DNA from: Lysobacterales bacterium
GTDB taxonomy: Bacteria > Pseudomonadota > Gammaproteobacteria > Xanthomonadales > SZUA-5
Reading direction: 5' to 3'
Assembly (NCBI GenBank): GCA_022844165.1
Contig: JALHMH010000014.1
Coordinates: forward strand, 1-64,000
Length of the DNA stretch: 64,000 nucleotides
Positions 40,335 through 48,633 of this stretch are shown in pieces. The number at the start of each line of letters is the position of its first letter. Within the stretch, counting starts at the first letter, position 1. The translations under genes and the position numbers were made by a program. The notes beneath the pieces are model-generated. The model was not told the DNA's origin and made no database searches. It saw nothing but the letters and a program-made list of their open reading frames with translations.

Positions 40335-41849
40335 ATGTTTGACGTCATTTTATCGTTGCTGATCTGGGTACCGATTGCCGGCGGTGTTGCCGTGCTCACG
40401 ACGGGTGAGCGGGCCGCTAACGGGGGGAAGTGGCTGGCACTCTTGGTCGCGCTCTTCACTTTGGGCCTGTGCGTGCCGCTGTGGATGAGCTTCGACACCA
40501 CGACAGCCAACTTGCAGTTCGTCGAACGCGTGGCGTGGATCCGCACGTTCGATATCGAGTACTACCTGGGTATCGATGGCTTCAGTCTGCCGCTGATCGT
40601 TCTGACCTGCATTATTACGGTGCTGGTCCTGGTGAGTGCGTGGGAAGTCATCGAGTACAAGGCTACACAGTACTACGCCGCATTCCTGATGCTTGCCGGC
40701 ATGATGAACGGCGTGTTCGCCGCGCAGGACGCAATCCTGTTTTACGTGTTCTTCGAGGCGATGCTCATTCCGATGTTCGTGATCATCGGTGTCTGGGGCG
40801 GCCCGAAACGCGTCTATGCCACCTTCAAATTCTTCCTGTACACGTTCCTGGGCTCGGTATTCATGCTGATCGGGCTGGTGTACTTGTATTTGAAGGGCCA
40901 GAGCTTCCAGCTGATCGATCTGCAATCGATGACGCTGAATATGACCGAGCAGACGTGGTTGTTCTTTGCTTTCCTTGTTGCATTTGCGGTCAAGATTCCG
41001 ATGTTCCCGGTCCACACGTGGCTGCCAGACGCGCACGTCGAAGCGCCGACGGGCGGATCGATGGTACTGGCCGCTGTCATGCTGAAGATCGGCGGCTATG
41101 GATTCTTGCGTTTCTCAATGCCGATTGCGCCTGATGCTTCAGCCGCTTACGCATGGCTGATCATTACGCTGTCACTGATTGCGGTCGTGTACATTGGTTT
41201 TGTGGCACTGGCGCAGCAGGATATGAAAAAGCTGATCGCGTACTCGTCGATCAGCCACATGGGTTTCGTGACACTGGGCCTGTTCATCGCCTTTGCACTG
41301 GTGCTTGAGGGGAACGCTCCAGACACAGCAGCGCTCGCAGTGCAGGGCGCGATGGTGCAGATGATCTCGCATGGGTTCATCTCGGCGGCGATGTTCGGTG
41401 CTGTGGGTGTGCTTTACGATCGCGTGCACAGCCGACAAATCGCCGATTACGGCGGCGTGATGAACACCATGCCTTGGTTCGGCGCCTTCATGGTGCTGTT
41501 CGCTATGGCCAACTGCGGTTTGCCCGGCACCAGTGGTTTCGTTGGCGAGTTCATGGTCATTCTTGCTGCCGTTAAGGCCAATTTCTGGATCGCATTCGCG
41601 GCCGCGCTGACACTCATCATTGGGGCGGCCTACACCTTGTGGCTGGTCAAGCGCGTGATTTTCGGTGATGTTGCGAACTCGAATGTTGCGGAGTTGCAAG
41701 ATCTCAATAGCCGTGAGTGGATCGTCATGGGTGTGCTCGCGTTTTTTGTGCTGCTGATTGGTTTGTGGCCAGCGCCGCTGATCGACGTCATGCAGCCAAG
41801 CGTCGAGGCATTGCTCAAACATTTGGCGCAGACGAAGTTGATTGGGTAG
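40335..41849 (+). CDS. nuoM: NADH-quinone oxidoreductase subunit M
   Basis: KIPMFPVHTWLPDAHVEAPTGGS and KKLIAYSSISHMG motifs. Confidence 0.97.
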   Translation: MFDVILSLLIWVPIAGGVAVLTTGERAANGGKWLALLVALFTLGLCVPLWMSFDTTTANLQFVERVAWIRTFDIEYYLGIDGFSLPLIVLTCIITVLVLVSAWEVIEYKATQYYAAFLMLAGMMNGVFAAQDAILFYVFFEAMLIPMFVIIGVWGGPKRVYATFKFFLYTFLGSVFMLIGLVYLYLKGQSFQLIDLQSMTLNMTEQTWLFFAFLVAFAVKIPMFPVHTWLPDAHVEAPTGGSMVLAAVMLKIGGYGFLRFSMPIAPDASAAYAWLIITLSLIAVVYIGFVALAQQDMKKLIAYSSISHMGFVTLGLFIAFALVLEGNAPDTAALAVQGAMVQMISHGFISAAMFGAVGVLYDRVHSRQIADYGGVMNTMPWFGAFMVLFAMANCGLPGTSGFVGEFMVILAAVKANFWIAFAAALTLIIGAAYTLWLVKRVIFGDVANSNVAELQDLNSREWIVMGVLAFFVLLIGLWPAPLIDVMQPSVEALLKHLAQTKLIG

Positions 41850-41858
41850 AGAAACGGC

Positions 41859-43298
41859 ATGATTGAAACTTGGTCTGATTTGATTCCGCTGCTGCCCGAG
41901 CTCTTTTTGCTTGGGATGATCAACATCATCTTGATCGCAGGGCTTTTCATCGACGAGAAGCGTCGCGGCATCGTGCATTTTCTGGCGATCCTGACTTTGG
42001 TGTTTACCGCCATCATCACGATGCGTGATTTCAATGTGCTGCAGCGCTACACGGCGCTCGGCGGCATGTTTGTACGCGACGGCGTGAGCGATGTACTGAA
42101 GCTGTTTATCTATCTCACGACGGCCGTCGTGTTCGTGTACGCCAAGCACTCGCTACGTGTCAGCAAGTTGTTTGTCGCGGAGTACTACACGCTGGTTCTG
42201 TTCGCGGTCCTGGGCATGTGTATCCTGGTTTCAGGTGGCAACTTGCTGACGATCTATCTGGGGCTGGAGTTGTTGGCACTTTCCAGTTACGCACTGGTTG
42301 CGCTCGATCGCGATTCGCCTTCAGCCTCTGAATCCGCCATGAAGTATTTCGTACTCGGAGCGCTGGCTTCGGGTCTGCTTTTGTACGGTATGTCCATGCT
42401 CTACGGCCTTACCGGAAGCTTGGAACTGGCCGTTATTGCGAAGAAACTTGCGAGCGGCGATTTGCCACCGATCCTGATGGCCTTTACGATTACCTTTATC
42501 GTCGTTGGCATCGCCTTTAAGTTTGGCGCTGCGCCATTCCATATGTGGGTTCCAGACGTTTATCACGGGGCTCCGACTGCAGTGACCCTGTTCATCTCAT
42601 CGGCGCCAAAACTCGCCGCCGCTGGAATGGCTTTCCGCGTATTGGCGGAAGGATTGGAACCACGCGTGCAGGATTGGGCGCAGATGCTGGGTTTTTTAGC
42701 TCTGTTATCGCTGGTGATCGGCAACCTGGCAGCGATCGCGCAGACCAACTTGAAGCGCATGTTGGCGTATTCAACGATTTCGCATGTGGGCTTCATTTTG
42801 CTCGGTATTCTCGCCGGCGACGAGGCAGGTATGGCCGCCGCAATGTTCTACGTCATCGTGTACGCGCTGATGAGTACCGCTGCGTTTGGGCTCATTATCG
42901 CGCTCTCCCGAGCTGGCTTCGATGCCGAGCGTATCGAGGACTTCAAGGGCTTGAACCAGCGCCACCCCTGGTTTGCGTTCCTGATGCTGGTGACCATGGC
43001 GTCAATGGCTGGATTTCCACCAACGATCGGGTTTTTTGCCAAGCTGTATGTCCTGCAAGCGGCGGTTGATGCGGGTTGGTTGTGGTTGGCGATCACGTCT
43101 GTGGTCTTTGCCGTGATCGGCGCGTATTACTACTTGCGGGTTATCAAGGTGATGTACTTTGACGAACCCGAAGTCGATCACAAGATCAGTGTGCCTGGCG
43201 ACGTACGCTCGGTATTGGCGGTGAATGTTGTGATGCTTCTTGTGCTCACGATCATGGCCGGCCCGCTGACGCGTCTGTGCGAGCAGGCCTGGTACTGA
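41859..43298 (+). CDS. nuoN: NADH-quinone oxidoreductase subunit N
   Basis: ESAMKYFVLGALAS, FKFGAAPFHMWVPDVY and KRMLAYSTISH motifs. Confidence 0.97.
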   Translation: MIETWSDLIPLLPELFLLGMINIILIAGLFIDEKRRGIVHFLAILTLVFTAIITMRDFNVLQRYTALGGMFVRDGVSDVLKLFIYLTTAVVFVYAKHSLRVSKLFVAEYYTLVLFAVLGMCILVSGGNLLTIYLGLELLALSSYALVALDRDSPSASESAMKYFVLGALASGLLLYGMSMLYGLTGSLELAVIAKKLASGDLPPILMAFTITFIVVGIAFKFGAAPFHMWVPDVYHGAPTAVTLFISSAPKLAAAGMAFRVLAEGLEPRVQDWAQMLGFLALLSLVIGNLAAIAQTNLKRMLAYSTISHVGFILLGILAGDEAGMAAAMFYVIVYALMSTAAFGLIIALSRAGFDAERIEDFKGLNQRHPWFAFLMLVTMASMAGFPPTIGFFAKLYVLQAAVDAGWLWLAITSVVFAVIGAYYYLRVIKVMYFDEPEVDHKISVPGDVRSVLAVNVVMLLVLTIMAGPLTRLCEQAWY

Positions 43299-43471
43299 AC
43301 TGGGGCCTGCGCCTTTGCTGCACTGGCTCCGATCTCATCGCTTGTGATGCGAATTCCGGAACAGCTTATTGTTGAGCACGATGTGGTTTTTTCCGAACCA
43401 ATCGGCCTTTCTTCCGCGTGTTGGAACACGTAGCCTTGACGCCTGAATCGGGGCAAAAAAAGGGGGAATCT

Positions 43472-44167
43472 GTGAGCGAGGAGAAAAAGCCGTTTGATGT
43501 ATTTGAGCTGGCGGCCGCGATACTGCTGGGCTTGGGTGCGATCGGCGCATCGGTGGCAGGACATCAGGGGAATTTGTGGGGTGGTCAGAGTGTTGAAGCC
43601 TATGGTGAGTCAGCTGCGCTGACGACGAAGGCGTCAACAACTTATAACGATGAACTGACCACATACATGCAGGATGTTCAGGCCGACGTGCGCTCCAAGG
43701 AGTTGATCTGGGAAGCGATCGAGTCTGATGATGAAGTGGCGAGTGAACGTCAGTTGGGTATGGCCAGCTGGCTGTTAACGTCGCAACTGTCGGATTCGGC
43801 CTACGCATTTCTCGGACTGCCGGAAGCCAAGCGCACGGAATACCAGGAAGGCGATGAGGCGGTCGTCCTTTCCATGGAAGACTTGGAAAAGGCCCTTAAT
43901 ACAGACCTCAATGACGATTACGTCGACGAAGTGTTTTCGACCAGTGCGGGCGAGTTTGAGTCCGCAGACAAGCGCTTCCTTGAAGGCCGGAATGCAAACA
44001 ACATTGGTGATGAGTTTTCGCTGGCAACCGTGATCTTGACGGTGGCGTTGTTCTTCGGCGGTTTGTCGCTTGTGTTCAAGTCGGGAATTCGCTGGGGCTT
44101 TTTGTCCCTGGGTTTCGCAATACTCGTTTTCGGCGTGGGTTATATGACGACTTTGACCTGGGCCTGA
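43472..44167 (+). CDS. Membrane protein, DUF4337-like
   Basis: GTG start after GGGGGA; one N-terminal TM, an acidic helical soluble region and two C-terminal TMs. Family assignment is tentative. Confidence 0.6.
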   Translation: MSEEKKPFDVFELAAAILLGLGAIGASVAGHQGNLWGGQSVEAYGESAALTTKASTTYNDELTTYMQDVQADVRSKELIWEAIESDDEVASERQLGMASWLLTSQLSDSAYAFLGLPEAKRTEYQEGDEAVVLSMEDLEKALNTDLNDDYVDEVFSTSAGEFESADKRFLEGRNANNIGDEFSLATVILTVALFFGGLSLVFKSGIRWGFLSLGFAILVFGVGYMTTLTWA

Positions 44168-44236
44168 GCGGGTTGATGGTTGATTTCAAACCTCGCCGCG
44201 CATCCAGCTCACTTGGTGTCCCGAAAGTAGGGTGAA

Positions 44237-44260
44237 CCAGGCTGTTAAGAAACAGCCTGG
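44237..44260. other. Perfect 10-bp inverted repeat (hairpin or operator) upstream of prpB
   Basis: CCAGGCTGTT-AAGA-AACAGCCTGG. Confidence 0.55.
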
Positions 44261-44364
44261 GTTACCATTGAACCTCGGTCGTACGGCGACACCTATGCAC
44301 GAAGTCGAACCGGATCGCGCGTTGTCGCTATCCTTCGGCGTTTCATCTTCTTTGGGGGAGCACC

Positions 44365-45252
44365 ATGTCGCATCACTCTGCTGGCGCCCGTCTGCGTGAG
44401 GCGATGGTTGCCGAAAGACCGCTGCAGTTGCCTGGCGTGATCAATGCGTATGCTGCAATGCAGGCAGAACGCGCTGGATTCAGGTCGCTCTATGTGTCTG
44501 GTGCGGGCATTGCCAATGCGAGCTACGGTTTGCCCGATTTAGGCATGACCAGTCTGGACAACGTATGTGAAGACATCCGTCGTATCAGTGGCGCGACCCA
44601 GTTGCCCTTGCTGGTCGATGCGGACACGGGCTGGGGCGCGGTGTTTAACATCCAGCGGACTGTCAAAGAGTTCATTCGCGCCGGTGCCGCGGCCTGCCAT
44701 ATTGAAGATCAGGTGCAGGCCAAACGCTGCGGTCATCGTCCCGGCAAGGCCGTGGTCGCCAAGGAAGATTTTGCCGATCGCATCAAGGCTGCTGTCGACG
44801 GTCGCAACGACCCAGATTTTGTGATTGTTGCGCGCACCGACGCTCTCGCCGTCGAGGGCATCGATTCGGCGATCGAGCGTGCTGTGCTGGCACAAAATGC
44901 TGGCGCCGATGTGATCTTTGCTGAAGCCTGCACCACACTGCCGGAGTACCAGCGCTTTATCTCAGCGCTCAAGATTCCGGTGCTCGCCAATCTGACCGAG
45001 TTCGGCAAGACGCCGTACTTCACGGCAGACGAATTGGGCTCTATCGGCATCGCCATGATCATCTATCCGCTAAGTGCGTTTCGCGCCATGGCGAAGGCTG
45101 CCGAGGGCATCTACGCTGAGATCCGCCAGCAGCGCACGCAGAAGGAGGTTGTCGAGCGCATGCAGACGCGTATGGAATTGTACGATGTGCTCGGGTACCA
45201 CGCCTATGAGCGAAAGATCGATACCCTGTTCGGGAAAGGCGAGGGTGGATGA
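44365..45252 (+). CDS. prpB: 2-methylisocitrate lyase
   Basis: [43 protein letters not shown] and [10 protein letters not shown] motifs. Confidence 0.95.
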   Translation: MSHHSAGARLREAMVAERPLQLPGVINAYAAMQAERAGFRSLYVSGAGIANASYGLPDLGMTSLDNVCEDIRRISGATQLPLLVDADTGWGAVFNIQRTVKEFIRAGAAACHIEDQVQAKRCGHRPGKAVVAKEDFADRIKAAVDGRNDPDFVIVARTDALAVEGIDSAIERAVLAQNAGADVIFAEACTTLPEYQRFISALKIPVLANLTEFGKTPYFTADELGSIGIAMIIYPLSAFRAMAKAAEGIYAEIRQQRTQKEVVERMQTRMELYDVLGYHAYERKIDTLFGKGEGG

Positions 45253-45320
45253 CCTCATGCACTGTTCGGGACGAGCGAATCGCCACAATGTGACAGCGAC
45301 CTGCAACGCTGAGCAGAACG

Positions 45321-45557
45321 ATGGACTTGCTTGATCTACCGGCGAACGTTTTGCGCTTTTTGTGGTGGTTGATTCAAGATTGCTTCTTCTCGTTGGCCTG
45401 TTGGTGCGTGGGCTGGCTGGTTTGCCGAACTTTGACGTTGAACCGATACCCCAAAGAACGATTCACCGAGTTCAATGACCAACACTTGACGGTCAATCTC
45501 GTTGGACTTGTGACGCTGATTGCGGTGTTTGTTCTGGTGATCCTGGTCGTGTCTTGA
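45321..45557 (+). CDS. Small hypothetical membrane protein
   Basis: 78 aa, two hydrophobic segments with a VGW..RTLTLNRYP loop; fills the gap in a co-oriented gene run. Confidence 0.6.
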   Translation: MDLLDLPANVLRFLWWLIQDCFFSLACWCVGWLVCRTLTLNRYPKERFTEFNDQHLTVNLVGLVTLIAVFVLVILVVS

Positions 45558-45655
45558 AGTCGATCAAGCCGCTCCGCAGTTGACCGTTCGTACACTACTG
45601 TCAGCGATGACCGAATGCTCAAATCCTACCCAGCTTGCAAGTCTTGGGAGGAGAC

Positions 45656-48508
45656 ATGAGAGCTTTGTTCAGTGCTGCCCTGCTACTTGCGAATGGTTCG
45701 CTTTTCGCGCAGGTGACACAAGTTGCAGGTTTTGGTTCAAACCCCGGCGCCCTGGCAATGTACAAATACGTGCCGAGCGGCCTGCCAGCCAACGCGCCGC
45801 TGGTCGTCGCGCTGCACGGTTGCGTGCAATCGGCTGGCGCTTACGATGGTGAGTCTGGCTGGGTTTTGCTCGCCGATCGCTATAAGTTCGCACTGGCGCT
45901 TGCCGAACAATCCTTCTCCAACAACTCGGCGCGTTGCTTCAATTGGTTCGAAAGCGGCGATGTCACGCGCGGCAGCGGTGAGGCGTTGTCGATCAAGCAA
46001 ATGGTCGACAAAATGAAGTCCGACCACACAATCGATCCGGCACGCGTGTATGTCACTGGCCTGTCTGCAGGCGGCGCAATGACCGCCGTGATGTTGGCGA
46101 CTTACCCGGATGTATTCGCCGGCGGCGCGGTCATCGCTGGCGTCGCTTACGACTGCGGCCGTGGATCCAGCGCGGCGTTTAATTGCATGGATCCTGGGCT
46201 CAATCTTTCGCCAGCGCAATGGGGCAACAAGGTACGCGCGGCATCCTCACACGGCGGCCCGTGGCCGATCGTCAGCATATGGCACGGCAGTAGTGATCCG
46301 ACTGTCAAACCCGTCAATGCCCAGGAGTTGATCGATCAATGGACCAATGTCCATGGCATCGATCAAATCGCGGATGTGGAGGATACGATCGCGGGATATC
46401 CGCACAAGGTGTTTCGCAACAGTGCCGGACAGGCGCTCATCGAGAGTTATACGATCACGGGCATGGGGCACGGAACTCCGGTCGACCCCGGCAGTGGCGA
46501 ACGCCAATGTGGTACAGCTGGCGCCTACCTCCTTGACGCCAATATTTGTTCGAGCTGGTACATCGCACGGTTTTTCGGACTCGACAACATCGACAATATT
46601 CCGCCAGACGTGACGCTCGCCGCGCCGAGTAATGGCGCCGCCGTGAGCGGAATTGTGAACATTGCAGCCATTGCGACCGATAACATTGGTGTCACCCGCG
46701 TGGAATTCCTGATCGACAGTGTCCTGTTGGGCAGCGATAGCAGCGCGCCGTTTGGGTTTGCCTGGGATACCACCAGCGCCAGCAACGGGCCGCGTGCAAT
46801 TCGTGCTCGTGCTTTCGATGTGGCCGGAAACTGGGCAACGTCCGGTGAGGTTCTGGTGACTGTCAGTGGCGGTGTCGAAGACCAAAGCCCGCCGCAAGTG
46901 AACGTGAGTTTTCCCAGCAACGGTTCAACGGTTTCGGGCACCATCACTCTTGCGGCGGCAGCCAGCGACGATACCGGCGTGGCCAGTGTCGAGTTTTTCG
47001 TCGATGGCGTATCCGTGGGTTTCGGCAACCAGAGTGGCGGAGCCGGACCGTGGACTCTCGCCTGGAACTCGACTTCAGTGGCCGACGGCCTGCATGCCAT
47101 CGCCGCAACAGCGCGTGATGCGCAAGGCAATCAGAGCACCGACAACGACACAAACATCATGGTCAATCAAACGACGCTGGCCGTCGACGAGAGCTTCTCC
47201 AATCTCGATGGCAATGGCGATGTTTATGATCACGGCGGTTGGAGCGGCGACTTTGTGGCGGACGCTGACAATGCAACCGTCGGCGCGGGCAGTAGTCAAT
47301 CCGTCTATGGTTACGCAACGTCCGGCGTGGGATGTCTGGGTGGTTGGAAGACCCGGTTCCTGCAGCGCAGCGTCACCTTGTCCACAGCGCCGAGATTGTC
47401 GTTTGCCCGAAAACTCGACCTGAAAGCACAGATCAATTCGTTGACCAGCGCGCGGTTCCGCGTGTTAGTGAATGGCACGATCGTCCATGAGCGTTCTGTC
47501 AGCAACGCGAACTACATCGAAAGTACCTGGCAGCGATTCGAAAACATCGATCTGACAACCTACGCAAGCCAAACCGTAACGCTGCGATTTGAGGCTGGTG
47601 CCAACAGCAACGTCTGCATTGAGGCTTTCGCCAAGGTGCGAATCGACGATGTGCGAATCGCCAATCTGAGCGCAAGCACGGACAGCGTGCCGCCCAGCGT
47701 CAACCTGGTGTCTCCCGTGAATGGCACCACTTTGTCGGGCAGCGTGGACCTTCTGGCCAACGCATCGGACAACGTTAGTGTCAGCAAAGTGGAGTTCTAT
47801 GCCAACGGAACCCTGCTGGGACAGGATCTCAGCGCGCCTTATGCGATCACCTGGGACACCAGTAGTGTTGCTAACGGCGGTTACTCACTGCTGGTCAAGG
47901 CCTACGATGTCGCCGGAAACGTTGCGAACGATGACGACACGGCGATTCATGTCGCCAATGGTGCCAGCTCGCCAGTCACGGTAAGCTTCTCAAGCGAAGG
48001 CGCGAATGACGGCTACATTAAAGCGAACTCGGATGCCAGCGCGCCTGCCATCGGCACCCTCGAAGGCAGTTTTGGTTTGGCGCTGGGCCGCGGCAGCGAC
48101 AGCAAGTTTAATCGTGCAATCCTGTCTTTCGACACCAGCTCTATTCCAGATGGAGCCACAATCACAGACGCTGTCTTGGTCGTCACATACAACAGCGCTT
48201 CCGGCAACCCCTGGAGCAGTCCGGCTGGAAACACGCTGATCGCCGATGTGCAAAACGGCTGCTTTGGTAACTGCTTTCTGGAAACCGGTGACTTTTCGGC
48301 AGCAGCGACATCGACTGCGGTTGCGAACATCGTTCGCTTCACGAGTGGCACGCAAAGCGCAGTGTTCAATGCAGCCGGCCTTTCTGCCGTCAGCAAATCC
48401 GCGCGCACGCAGATCCGCCTTCGGTTCTCGGGCAACCCAACTGCGACACACTACGTTTGGATTGGCGGCGGTATGGCGGCGACGCTGCGAGTGACCTACC
48501 TGCCCTGA
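45656..48508 (+). CDS. Secreted PHB depolymerase-family esterase with three bacterial Ig-like domains and a C-terminal accessory domain
   Basis: Start ATG 45656 after GGAGGAG; signal peptide; LHGC.Q oxyanion motif, VTGLSAGG lipase box, WHG..D..V and GMGHG.P (type I extracellular PHA depolymerase pattern); three D..PP.V....P.NG..VSG Ig-like repeats. Confidence 0.85.
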   Translation: MRALFSAALLLANGSLFAQVTQVAGFGSNPGALAMYKYVPSGLPANAPLVVALHGCVQSAGAYDGESGWVLLADRYKFALALAEQSFSNNSARCFNWFESGDVTRGSGEALSIKQMVDKMKSDHTIDPARVYVTGLSAGGAMTAVMLATYPDVFAGGAVIAGVAYDCGRGSSAAFNCMDPGLNLSPAQWGNKVRAASSHGGPWPIVSIWHGSSDPTVKPVNAQELIDQWTNVHGIDQIADVEDTIAGYPHKVFRNSAGQALIESYTITGMGHGTPVDPGSGERQCGTAGAYLLDANICSSWYIARFFGLDNIDNIPPDVTLAAPSNGAAVSGIVNIAAIATDNIGVTRVEFLIDSVLLGSDSSAPFGFAWDTTSASNGPRAIRARAFDVAGNWATSGEVLVTVSGGVEDQSPPQVNVSFPSNGSTVSGTITLAAAASDDTGVASVEFFVDGVSVGFGNQSGGAGPWTLAWNSTSVADGLHAIAATARDAQGNQSTDNDTNIMVNQTTLAVDESFSNLDGNGDVYDHGGWSGDFVADADNATVGAGSSQSVYGYATSGVGCLGGWKTRFLQRSVTLSTAPRLSFARKLDLKAQINSLTSARFRVLVNGTIVHERSVSNANYIESTWQRFENIDLTTYASQTVTLRFEAGANSNVCIEAFAKVRIDDVRIANLSASTDSVPPSVNLVSPVNGTTLSGSVDLLANASDNVSVSKVEFYANGTLLGQDLSAPYAITWDTSSVANGGYSLLVKAYDVAGNVANDDDTAIHVANGASSPVTVSFSSEGANDGYIKANSDASAPAIGTLEGSFGLALGRGSDSKFNRAILSFDTSSIPDGATITDAVLVVTYNSASGNPWSSPAGNTLIADVQNGCFGNCFLETGDFSAAATSTAVANIVRFTSGTQSAVFNAAGLSAVSKSARTQIRLRFSGNPTATHYVWIGGGMAATLRVTYLP

Positions 48509-48633
48509 AGACAGAGGGGCGAAAAGGAGACCACGGAGCGCCGATCGTTGCATCGATTGCGCCTTGCGCTTGTCCTCACCATTCGTTAACTTCCCATTAG
48601 GCAAAGTTGAATAATCACTAATGGAGAACTGCC

